Assembly: GCA_001687465.1 (NCBI GenBank)
Contig: LVLI01000274.1
Coordinates: 1 to 53,827 of the forward strand
Length of the DNA: 53,827 bases
Reading direction: 5' to 3'
Origin: Halocafeteria seosinensis
Lineage: Eukaryota
Shown: in pieces, positions 10,365-20,905 of the stretch
Position numbering within the stretch: position 1 is the first letter of the stretch
How the letters are laid out: the number at the start of each line of letters is the position of its first letter
Notes under the pieces: model-generated
Database searches by the model: none
The model's input: only the letters and a program-made list of their open reading frames with translations
Told to the model about the DNA's origin: nothing
Position numbers and translations under genes: made by a program

Positions 10365-12716
10365 TCAGCCGCCGTAGGAGGAAGAGCGATAGGGAGATGT
10401 TGAATGCTTGTACACTGCAACACGCTGACCCTGCCGTGCAGGGTTGAACTGCTGCTGCTGTCGTCCATGTGGTTCCGGTGGAGTCCTCTTGGGAATACTC
10501 TCAGCCGGAGACGCATCAGCTGTTTTCCGAACATTATTTTTTGATGCATGGCGACGTACATCAAGGCGAACAGACCGAGTCGAACCACTTGGGTGCATCA
10601 CAGGTTTTGCTGATCCTTTATCAGCCTCTACCGATTTTCTTGTGTTAGCGGAACCCTTTGACACAGGCTTCTTGGGAACACCTTTACGCTTGGTAAGCTT
10701 GCTCCCGACAGTCTTCCCTGTTTGTCGACATGATTCTCCATCGTCGTAGGAGGAGGTTGATTGGCGGTCGTTACGAAGTACAACACTTTCCTCGGTAGCG
10801 ACAGTTGATGGCGGCTGCCCAGCTGGGGTAGATACACCATCTAGACGTTTCCAAACGGCTTTTGTCGCCGAGCCAGGCGCATCGTCCTCCTCATCAGCAT
10901 CTTGAGTGCTATGGATGCGAAGATCCTCATTTGGGTGTCCGAGTGGGCCTCCTGAATCCATCGACATATTAGTATCCCACTGTTCGGGAACAGCATCCAG
11001 ATGGGTTTCGCTGGATGACTTAGTAGCGCGGTAGAAACCACCATCTCCCTGCGCCCCACTATTGGCATTGACACGCTTCAAGCTGTCGGCAGCAGCATTG
11101 GCAAACTCCGTGTCAAACTCTTGCAGAGAACCGGCCTGGGATGGCGGCACTTTTTCCACCGGTCTACTTTGGGTTCTTTCATTTGCGGATGCAAAGCTAC
11201 GGGCGTATAAACCGTTTACCGCCTCATTTGCATCAATACTTGAAGCAAAACTGCCAATGTCAATTTTTGGCTCTGTGATGGAGTATTGGTCTTTCGATTC
11301 ACCGCCAGTGCTGTCTAAGTATGACGAGCTAACGCCCCATTGATAAAGTAGTTCATCTGCTTCCTCGCTCATGGCAGACAATCCCCGCTTAAGTAAAGTT
11401 TGCAACTGACCACGAAGATGTTGAACCATCTTGACGGCTTTGTCCCGCGCACATTCCGTTTCTAAAACCCGCTGCTGCATTTCACTCACGCGAACGGAGG
11501 CTTCATGATCTGCCCTGGAAGTAGCTTGCTGCAGTTTCATTTGCCATTCAGATTCTAGATTCTGCCGCGCCATTGCATGCGCATGGCGGCACCATTCGGA
11601 ATAGCATTTCCTTTGTAGAGTCTGCAAGCGAAAGCACAAGTATGACAATTGAATTAATACATTCATAATGTTGCATTTGCCATCCTACCTTGTTGTGATG
11701 CTTCTCTGCACGCTCAAATTTCCTCCTCATTTCTTTGCTTTCTCTGCTAACTGAAGCCCATGCCCGAAAAATGGCCAATACACCTTGCTTGCCGTACCAC
11801 AGCTCCTGCATATTGCATCATAACAAAAGATTCGAACGGAGGCAAGAATGCTCTGCCAACAGATGCTTGCACCTACGTTCTTTCTTTTCATCAGTCCCCG
11901 TGTAGTAGCCAGTCGCTCCGCAATGCGCGTCCATTGCTGCAGCTCCACCTTTAGCGAACCGTCCTCCTTCTCTAGAGCGGAGCATTGTTCTTTCCAGGAA
12001 GAAAGCTGAGTTTCATAGTGGTGCGTCAGCTCAGATATGGTGTTCTGGTGGAGCTCCCAAGTGGCCTGAGATCTATGGTCGAATTCATGTTGCAGCACAC
12101 TTTGCAGCTTGTCCATTAAACGATTCCAATCCGGTTGCTGCACTTGAAACTTTGTTTCTGACATGTTCTCCCGTGTGACAGTGAATTGGTTCGCTTCCGC
12201 GGCAGCAATATTATTGGCGTATTGCTCTCTTCCACGAAACGAAGCATCATCCAGCATCGAGCGGCCACCTTCAAACGTATTTGTATTATGTTGCGCGTAG
12301 TTGCTGGGTTGGTAATCCTGAACGCCAGAGTGAATGGATCGGTCGTAGGTGCGCTGATTCGATTGTGTGGTGGCTACTGAATACTGCATGGCTGAAGAGG
12401 ACAAAGGTTGTGCTTTTTGCGTTGATTCCGGAAATCTCGGTCCTCGTGCGGTATTCGTCTCCGACCGTGGTTCGTGTTCCTGGTTCTTCCCTTCACCGTC
12501 GTCCTCCGTCGTCCATTCAGCAGAGCTCTGATCAGGTAATGCACTGGATATTGGAGCTGTAGCTCCATGCTGACGCGGCGGAGAAGGATGGCCTCTAGCA
12601 CGATGTCGATAAGGCTCATTTTGAGCCCATGCGTCCAGGATCATATCCTCGCTGATGGGAAACCCTTCTTCCTTGGCAACCCCTTCGTTATCTTTATCCT
12701 CCCTGTGGGTCTCCAT
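10365..12716 (-). CDS. POC5-like centriolar coiled-coil protein (introns 11806-11876, 11622-11688; start uncertain)
   Basis: Spliced product has centrin-binding-repeat-like W motifs (LAIFRAWAS, LQRKCYSEWCRH), then coiled coil, then LLKRGLSAMSEEA, which resembles the POC5 motif AFMRGVCALNLEA. N- and C-termini are disordered. A further acceptor near 12756 suggests upstream exon(s). Confidence 0.55.
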
Positions 12717-13130
12717 GATGCCTTGATAGAGGTGTCGGAAAGCCCTCTATGTACCTGAAATGCAATAAAATAAGGTCCAAAAGCGTTAACTTAACGTCGA
12801 AGACATCCTGTTTTACACCGATATTTGAGCGTACCCACCTCCCTGTCTGCAAGGACAGCCGATTTCAGATACCACAGCGCTGGATAAACACCGTGATCAC
12901 CTCAGACAACGACAAGAAAGACTCATTTAGTACAATTGTATGTATGTAGGAAGACGGTTCCCCCGTTTGAATTTTGGAGCCGTCAAACAAATGTTTCACT
13001 TATATCCAAGGGTGTGTGCCTTATTGACTGGTGGTGTGTCAATATGGGGTAACATTGTATGGGGGTTATATAGATATATACCATAGATAGCTAGATAAAG
13101 TCACCAAAAAAAAGTAAATTAAGGGAGAAA

Positions 13131-13672
13131 ATGGTGCGTATGCGCATGTGCTGCCCTGCATCCGGTAAAGTGGCACATTTGATTGTTGTATCTGCAGGCG
13201 TCGAAAAAGAAGGAATCCATTTTGGAGCTGAATAAGCAGATGGATAAGCGCGTTCACGTCAAGTTCCAGGGCGGAAGAGAAGGTACGTGCGTCCACAAGG
13301 ATTGTTTGAGTGAGTTCACTGGGGACAGACAACTGATGTATCGTCGCAGTGGTAGGAACCTTGAAAGGCTTTGATCAATTGGTGAACCTGGTGTTGGATG
13401 AAGCCACAGAGTATCTTCGCGGTAAGGTATATGTGCATATGTACGTCATTCCCTATCCTCTTGCCACGTACGCCTCTCTGTGCGAGTAAGCAGATCCGAG
13501 CGACCCCCATAAAAAGACGGATGAAACCAGGGAGCTGGGATTGATCGTATGTCGAGGGACAACCGTCATGCTGATTGCACCGGAAGAAGGCTACGAAGAA
13601 ATCGAAAATCCTTTTCTTGAAGGAGCGGAAGAAGATGAGGAAGAGGCAGAAGGAGAAACAGCTGCGGCATAG
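13131..13672 (+). CDS. LSM7: U6 snRNA-associated Sm-like protein LSm7 (3 introns)
   Basis: M|ASKKKESILELNKQMDKRVHVKFQGGRE|VVGTLKGFDQLVNLVLDEATEYLR|DPSDPHKKTDETRELGLIVCRGTTVMLIAPEEGYEEIENPF plus an acidic tail. First coding exon is ATG only (intron 13134-13197). Confidence 0.95.
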
Positions 13673-14147
13673 ACAGAAACCATCAACGTTGCTACTGTTG
13701 TAGGCATATGCATCATCATCCATCGCAGGATTAGTTGTGCAACTGTCGCAGAGGCCCCCATGAGAGAAAGAAATGTGCCATCATCGCTTGTCATCAATGC
13801 TTGGCTTTCTATTTGAGATAACAGTCAATGTTCCCCAGAGGGTTGGCAGCAGCTATCCAGTGGATGTGCTCAGATTAGTGCCAGAATCTCTCCTCTGATG
13901 CTAGACCATGAAGCAGGTCCGTCCCCGTAGGAAGCGAAACGCAGATAGCGTTATATCGTTTGCGTTACCAAACAGAATAGACTATTCCTTGTCACCTACG
14001 ACATAGCAGAAGTCGCTTTGCTTCCTTTTGTACATCGAAATAAGAAGTGGTGTATTTCAGAACCACTCTACTAGCCAGACTTGTGGCTGCCTCAATATTA
14101 CTGCTATAGAAACGAAGCAATACTAGTCCACTCTAACTCTATTGCTG

Positions 14148-16100
14148 CTACTCAGCTTTTGCTGCAGCTACTTTGCGCCGGGTGTCAAATAGTTCTTCCA
14201 AAAGCATGGGATCATCATTGATGCTGTTGAACAACTCTTGGTCTGCAAGAGCATATGAGTCAGTGAACGCCGGAATGTTCAGTGATTCCGCTTGTTTGCC
14301 TCAACTTACTAAACACTTTTTCTCCTTTATCGTTCTCAAACACTAGTCTCTTGCACATCTTGTCGATAGCAATTGCTGAGAGAACGGTCTGCACGTACGC
14401 CTCGATCAAGTCATCAATGCCGATTCCGAGAGAGTTGAAATCTTTACGGTCCATCAAGAGCAATCGCTCGCTCTCGGTCGTCCACGTCAGATCATCTGTC
14501 ATTTTGGACAAGTTGGTACCTAACATTCCCCAACTGAAAGTCTTGTCATCAATCTTATCCAGCAATGGTTCATGAGCACGCCGGGCATACACGGCCATTG
14601 GCGTATATCCGTGGTCAGTAGACGCTACCATCATACGAACATCAGCAACGAAAATTTCACCTCGCTTGTTCGGTACAGTTCCGACATGATAGAAGCACCC
14701 TTCTTTCTGAGTGCTACTCCACTTCGAATTACCCACCAGGCTTTGAATGATGAACTTATCGTAATAGTGATTTTCGGCCATAAAGTCATCTAACTCACGC
14801 TGGCTGAGGATCGTGTAGACGCCCTGACCAGCATTGCTGTAAGGGACTTTAATGACAGCCTGCCCACCAAAGCTTCTCACGTAAAGTGGCACCTCTGCCT
14901 TGGATACTTGCACAGTGTCCGGGGTATGAATTCTAAGGTTAATTCCCTTTGCTTCCAGCTCACCATTGTAAATGTCATACGCTTTGGCAGCGACCAGTTT
15001 ATTTCTTCCACCAGCCAAGCAAGGGAGAATCTGCATAATTCACAATGTTCTCATATGCAAATTTGGCAAAACCGATTAAGCGTTTGGGCTGGCGAACGCG
15101 ACCCTTACCGGATTTAGAACCTTGGTTTTGGAAACAACGGGGAAACGAGTCCATGGTCTCTGAGTCACGTAGCGGAATGCCGCACGAACTGGCTTCCATT
15201 CTCCTTCAGCAGTTCGTATCTCCATCACTTGACAGTCGTCGACCCACCGAACGGGAGGATCGGGGTCAGTTAGGTAGTATTCAACTTGATACACATGCTC
15301 CTTGCTCAAGTCGGCCATCACAGCAGCATACCCAGACGCTTCCATCGGGTTCTTGTCGTATACCACTGCAATAGATAATGTTTTTGAAAACTTTATTGAT
15401 ACCGGTTACACTGGAGGAACCCAAAACTTCTTGTAGTAAGCCTCACCTGCTAGGACTCCATCGGGTACTGAGCACGAGTCCTCATGGATTTCCTTGAGCA
15501 AATCAGAAAAGGTAGTCTCAAGAAGGCGGCGATAACCACCCTCCTCTTCCGTGTCACGCAAGAGAGGCATGGACTTTTGACCACTGCGAGGTTCCAACCA
15601 ATTAGATAGCGTACCAGACACAAGCGGTGCCGACCCTAGTCCCCACTTACCTGGGGCACGAGTTTGTCTCAATGACTACTACTTGTCGACGTCCACGGTG
15701 TGAAACGACGTTGAAAGTATCGCATCCAGCCCATCTGTAAATGAGGATAAAAAATCCGTATCAGATCATTTCATTGGTGCATATAACACTCGAAGAACCC
15801 AAACCTGAAGTGTTGTGGCCGATAGTTGAGGATATCGCGCAGATGTTGCGGTTCGACGTCGGGGTGCATATGGCAGTAGCGGGCAATGATGCGCTCATTT
15901 CCGAGAGAGAAAAAACTGGACACCATCGGATGCACTTGCGCATTGAGCACTCGTGGGTAAAAGTGATTCTCTGGCTCGAACGATCCAGGTTGAACCACTT
16001 TGGATTTCCCGATTTTTTGCTTGATGGCAGCTTTTCCGACGACGGAGGCTTTCCCTTCGCCGACCGTCCCACGGTGGGCACTGGAGCCGGACGTTGACAT
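14148..16100 (-). CDS. Circularly permuted ATP-grasp-like amide/peptide ligase, ~529 aa, 6 coding exons
   Basis: Exons 16100-15805, 15734-15651, 15583-15447, 15365-15109, 15030-14310, 14242-14148; all GT-AG, total 1590 nt. N-terminal WAGCD...[11 protein letters not shown] (D...ExN..PSG) comes before [29 protein letters not shown] and TNLS, the motif order of circularly permuted ATP-grasp enzymes. Probable 5'UTR intron 16117-16195. Confidence 0.75.
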
Positions 16101-16195
16101 CCTGGACGTGTGTACTCTGCATCCGTAAAAGCACAGAAAAGGTGAAGTTTCCTCCCGGGGCGAAGAAGGGATTGTCAGAACAAGGATTCTCTTAC

Positions 16196-16533
16196 CTTGT
16201 TTCCACTTCCCTACGACGGTTGAAATGATTCAGTCTCCACGTGCACTAGTGGGAGAACGAGTACGCTCTCGTGGTAGTACAGAAACGAAAACAACAAACA
16301 ATGCGAATGGGCCTGGGAAATGTGGAAAAAGACACGGGGTCGCGGGCGGGGAATCCAAATCCCACCGGGATCCCGGAGCACGACGCATCTCGCAACCCCC
16401 AATATCCCGTCTCCCACAACTCCAGGAGGCCATTCGTGTTAAACACGTCGTGTTTGTTTCGCCGGAATTGAAGTGACGGTGCCTTGGGGAGTTTTTTGAC
16501 TTGGGTGAGAGATAGCTACACGGGAAACAAAAC
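16196..16533. promoter_or_regulatory. Putative bidirectional promoter/5'UTR region between the ATP-grasp and SPX-AstE genes
   Basis: Start codons are 433 bp apart on opposite strands. The GC-rich core contains a perfect 12-bp palindrome CCGGGATCCCGG (16365-16376). A CACGTG lies at 16238-16243. Confidence 0.55.
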
Positions 16534-19070
16534 ATGAAATTTGGCAAAGTAAGTGGGGACGAAGCGCCCGTTGAGGGGGAAGCAAGCACGTCATGCCGTT
16601 TTCTTTGCTATTTTGTGTGTCGTGTGCAGACCCTACGCTTATTAGCGAAGCCACAGTGGCTAGCGGAATATATTGACTACAAGTCTCTGAAGGGTATCGT
16701 CAAAGGCAGATTCCCGTTCTTGGACCCTGATGAAGCATACGCAAGGTACATCTGGGTCTTTGGAATCCGGCTCCAACACACGAGTCAATTAGGTGCTGTT
16801 ATGCAGTGATGACTCCATTGCCGGTGACCCAAAAGACAAGGCATCCATTGCTGCAACAAGACGGGCTAAGCAGATGGAGCGCAAGGAGACCCCTCAGCAA
16901 CAGGCCGCCAGATTCGAAAGTCGCCTCAAGGAGCAAATCAACAAGGCCAGAAATTTCTATTTGACGCAGATCGATAGACTCCAAAATCTTGTGAAAGCAA
17001 CGGAGACAAAGGTAAATTGTGCTCGTTGTGCCGTTTAACTCTCTAGTGCCTGCTAACCACTTCATTTCGTGCTTCGCACATTCAGATTGAGGAATCACAT
17101 CCACAGGGATATGATACTCCTACAACCGACAATAGTACAGTGTTCGATGTAGAAAATGCTCCTGGTGGTACAACGGCTGCTTCTTGCTTGGATGCTTTAG
17201 AAGAAACAACTGGAATCACCACTCCTGGGGGAACTACTATGTCGACGGACGACCAGGATGGGCCACCCGAGAGCCATCGTACTCCGCTACAGGTGAGTAG
17301 TTGTGGTTTTTTTCCTTGGGGGTCGGTGCTATGGAGCCTTTTAAGTGTCCGCGTTTAACAACCTCTGAAACTGTTCGTTTGTCTCGCAGCAAAAGCTTAT
17401 TAACCTGTCTGAGTTCATTGTTGGTTTGAGAGATTTTTCCTCTTTAAACATTACGGCTGTGCAGAAGATAACCAAGAAATACGATAAGCACCATGGAACT
17501 CATTTGAGGTATGCCTTGGCATCAATATGAGGGAACTTCAAAAGCATTGCATCAAGAGGTTTCGATATACTGCAGAGCCCAATTTGAAGAAATGCTCAAA
17601 GAAGATCCATTGACTGACACTTCTGTTATCGAAGCCGAGGAACAAAAGCTAGAAGTAAGGTTCTACTGCATCGCTTGTTCCTCCGTTCATAAGAATAACC
17701 GATAGCACAACCGCTGCTTCCTTGTCAGCCCTTGATGAGACAGAGTGGACACAAAGTGTCCCGACGTTCTTCACTGCTAGAGAACGAGCTCCTCGTCTCG
17801 CAACCCGTGGTCACAGTATCTAAACTGGACCTGAACTCCTTGCCGGCAGGGAAAGTCACTTGGCTCTACGTTTCATTGGGAGAATCACCGCTCTCTCAAC
17901 CGCTTAGTGTGCCAGTGATGGTAATGAAAGGTAGTGTTGCGGGGCCCATAGTTGGAATCACTTCTGCTTTGCACGGTAACGAGCTAAATGGCATCCCCCT
18001 TATCCATCGGTATGTATTTCTGGAATGCATGCTCTGTGCGGTTTCGAACGTCAAAATTTCCATCGTACTCGCAGGTTGTTTCGAGAGGTAGATGTTGCCA
18101 CTTTGTGCGGTATCATTGTGGCGGTCCCAGTGGTGAATATTCACGGATATACAAGATACCAGAGAGGCTTTAGCGATGGGGTAGACTTAAATAGGATTAT
18201 GCCAGGAAAAAAGCACGGAACGGGTAGTCAAAAATTCGCATATCATCTATGCACACGGATATTACACTGCTTCGAGTACCTGCTCGACATGCACACTGCC
18301 TCGTTTGGGCGTGTGAACAGGTACTGATTCAAGAACGCTGCAGGAAAAGGTGCATGTGTATATTTCGTGTGCTTGGTGTTTCGCAGTCTTTACGTTCGAG
18401 CTGACATGAACGATCCGATCGTTGGTCGACTTGCAAAACTTTGTGTAAGTTGCCTTATCGCATATTATATTGTTCATACTGTGGGTTAAGACGTGTGAAT
18501 CCCCCGTGCAAATATGTGGCAGATTCCGCAAATTATTGTGCACAATACTGGCCCCGATGGATCGCTGCGAGGCGCCGCAGCGGCGATGGGCATCAACGCA
18601 GTTACTATTGAAATAGGAAATCCTCAGCGTTTCCATCAAGCGTTCATCGAAAGGGCATATAAAGGGGTGCTCAACGTCTTGTCCTATTTGAATGTATGTA
18701 AACGAGATTTTTTTCCTGAGCGAACTCAGCAACTATTCAAAGCTTTTTGCTACAACCGCAGATGATAGGTCATCCTGTACAAGAAACACCAGGAGACCCA
18801 GTTGTATGTTCACGATCTCACTGGATGTTTACTCGCACTGGTGGTGTACTCTATGTTATGCACCCGGTAAACACGTGGGTGCGCAACGGCGAGATTATTG
18901 CCGAGATAAGGAACATTTTTGGAAAGCTAGTTGATCGATATGTTGCACCTAATGATGGCATTGTGGTAGGCAAGAGTGACAATCCCGTCGCGCAGACTGG
19001 TGATCGTATATTACACTTAGGAATCGTCGGTGAAACATTCCCACGACATGTAGATGATGGGCACATGTAG
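16534..19070 (+). CDS. SPX domain fused to succinylglutamate desuccinylase/aspartoacylase (AstE/AspA, M14-like Zn amidohydrolase), ~601 aa, 11 exons
   Basis: Introns 16549-16629, 16746-16806, 17012-17085, 17293-17389, 17509-17575, 17655-17728, 18010-18074, 18321-18386, 18445-18522, 18694-18761; all GT-AG, frame preserved, CDS 1806 nt. SPX motifs: MKFGK, EYIDYKSLK, FESRLKEQINKARNFY, LNITAVQKITKKYDK. AstE/AspA motifs: GPIVGITSALHGNELNG, VPVVNIHG, DLNRIMPG, LLDMHT, TIEIG, and a C-terminal barrel-sandwich-like segment (GEIIAEIRNIFG...APNDGIVVG...GDRILHLG). Confidence 0.85.
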
Positions 19071-19293
19071 TACCAGCGGAAGTTGCTTCAATACGCCTGT
19101 CCGTCCTCGAAGCTTTGCAGCGTAGTACCTTCTTTTCTCTTTGTTTTGTCGTCTAAACGATAGTGACAGCATAATCTCGTACGTGTAGTCTTCTTCGGTG
19201 CGGAATTGCCGCACTCGCTGGAATTTAGTACAACTGATTAAGAAAACTTGGATGATTGTCATATGTATCAATTTCCCAGCAAAATAAATAAAT

Positions 19294-19878
19294 ATGGGAG
19301 ATCCTCACTCCTTCATCGACATTCTATCGCACGACCTGTTCCTGGAGACTTCCTCGTGGCTGCTGCTGCTCGTCTCGTGCATTCTCCTGGTCCTCACGGT
19401 GCGCCCCCGATGGAAACGGAAGAAGTGGATTCGCGCACGGACAGCTCTGCTACGACGCACGCCCTCGGGGCCGATTGATTATGACCTGGAGGTCCCCGAA
19501 GAAATCCCAGAGTACATGATTCAAGAAGACACCGCCGCCCGACAGGCCCAGGGGGCTTCCGTGGGCCAAGTACAGGAGACAAGAGGTCCCACGCAGCCTT
19601 TACTGGACGAGGAGGGGGAGGAAGAAGTCAAGCCTTCGGCTCCCAGTCTAGCGAATTCGGACGAGCTGTCGTGCTCCTCGCTGCCGCCCGAATACGACGA
19701 CTCCCCCCTGGCGTATACGTGTTGCATATGCTACAGCACCATAAAGCACATCCATGTGCTTGGTTGCGGGCATGCGTTCCATCAAAAGTGCATTGTGAAA
19801 GCGCTGAAACAGAAGGAGGAATGCCCCCACTGCCGACAGCCGCAAACATTGGACGATATTCGAGGCGTGTATGGCTGA
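19294..19878 (+). CDS. Single-pass membrane RING-H2 E3 ubiquitin ligase-like protein
   Basis: N-terminal hydrophobic helix (WLLLLVSCILLVLTV) followed by a basic patch. C-terminal C-x2-C-x11-C-x-H-x2-H-x2-C-x10-C-x2-C. Intronless. Confidence 0.85.
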   Translation: MGDPHSFIDILSHDLFLETSSWLLLLVSCILLVLTVRPRWKRKKWIRARTALLRRTPSGPIDYDLEVPEEIPEYMIQEDTAARQAQGASVGQVQETRGPTQPLLDEEGEEEVKPSAPSLANSDELSCSSLPPEYDDSPLAYTCCICYSTIKHIHVLGCGHAFHQKCIVKALKQKEECPHCRQPQTLDDIRGVYG

Positions 19879-20905
19879 GGAACTCGTCGGACTGGCCTAG
19901 GTGTGGTTCCACTTTCACTACCGCTAACTGTATTCGTCGCTCAAGGGAATTCCAACCAGGTATCCGTGTGCTATTCACCATCCAAGTATATACCGTACCT
20001 TCTTGCTTCTTCTAGAGCCTTTTCCTCGATCAAGCGGGAATGTCACCTGAAGCTCGGAGGAACATGAATGTATGTGCTACTGGCATGACTTGACAGACCC
20101 TCCGACAGAGTGTCTACAACTGAAAGTGGTACATTGTACCACTCCTCGACAAAGCATATCCTTGCGCATGATACAGAATATGCTGATGACGAGTAATTAG
20201 GTGTGGGCTGGTGAATGACGAAATCAGCCCTCTGCGTAGCTTGGCTTGTACAACATCACTTTCCAGCATACGATGTGTATGTGAAACTTAGAACGGTTTG
20301 AACGTGGTGCCTGCCGCCCATGTGATCGGTGTTTCCTCGGGGGGATGTTCAACTTGTGGATGTTTACGCTCGCGTCGACCACAAGAGCGATAGAACACTG
20401 AACACTCCCGACCCTGGTGGTGGACTATAACGTATATAGCTGGATGGTTGGAACAGGATTCTCGATTACCGGTATTGAGTTTAGTGAACTATCGACTCTG
20501 TGCACTGCTTACTTCTGGATCTCTGCTCTTTTTGATGTTCTTTGAGTCAACATAAACTTCTAATGCAATATGGATCTAGACATTTATTCAGAGAGCTCGG
20601 AGGGAACCTCGGGACTGCCGTCAGATGGGGCTCCACGGGGATCTGAAGACAGATTTAAAGCAGCAGATTTTGGATTTTGAAATACAACGGGTACAAGCCT
20701 CAGTCGAAAGTTGAAGTGTATTCATTACACGAAGGGATCAAAAACTTTGACAAAAAGCGTCAAATGGAGTTAAGTAGCAACCTTTGTTGCAGCGAAGTTT
20801 TTCTCCAATTGACCAAGCCTTTCGAACATTAGTGGTTCTTCGCTCAAATCTAGCGGGTTTCCCTCAGAACTGTGAGGAAGATCCTCCAGTGCAGCTCAAT
20901 CGCAA

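Noticed and set aside
7943..19878. Functional link between the membralin-like gene and the TM RING-H2 gene (ERAD module)
   Set aside because: About 10 kb apart with unrelated genes between them, and the RING protein does not resemble RNF185/RNF5.
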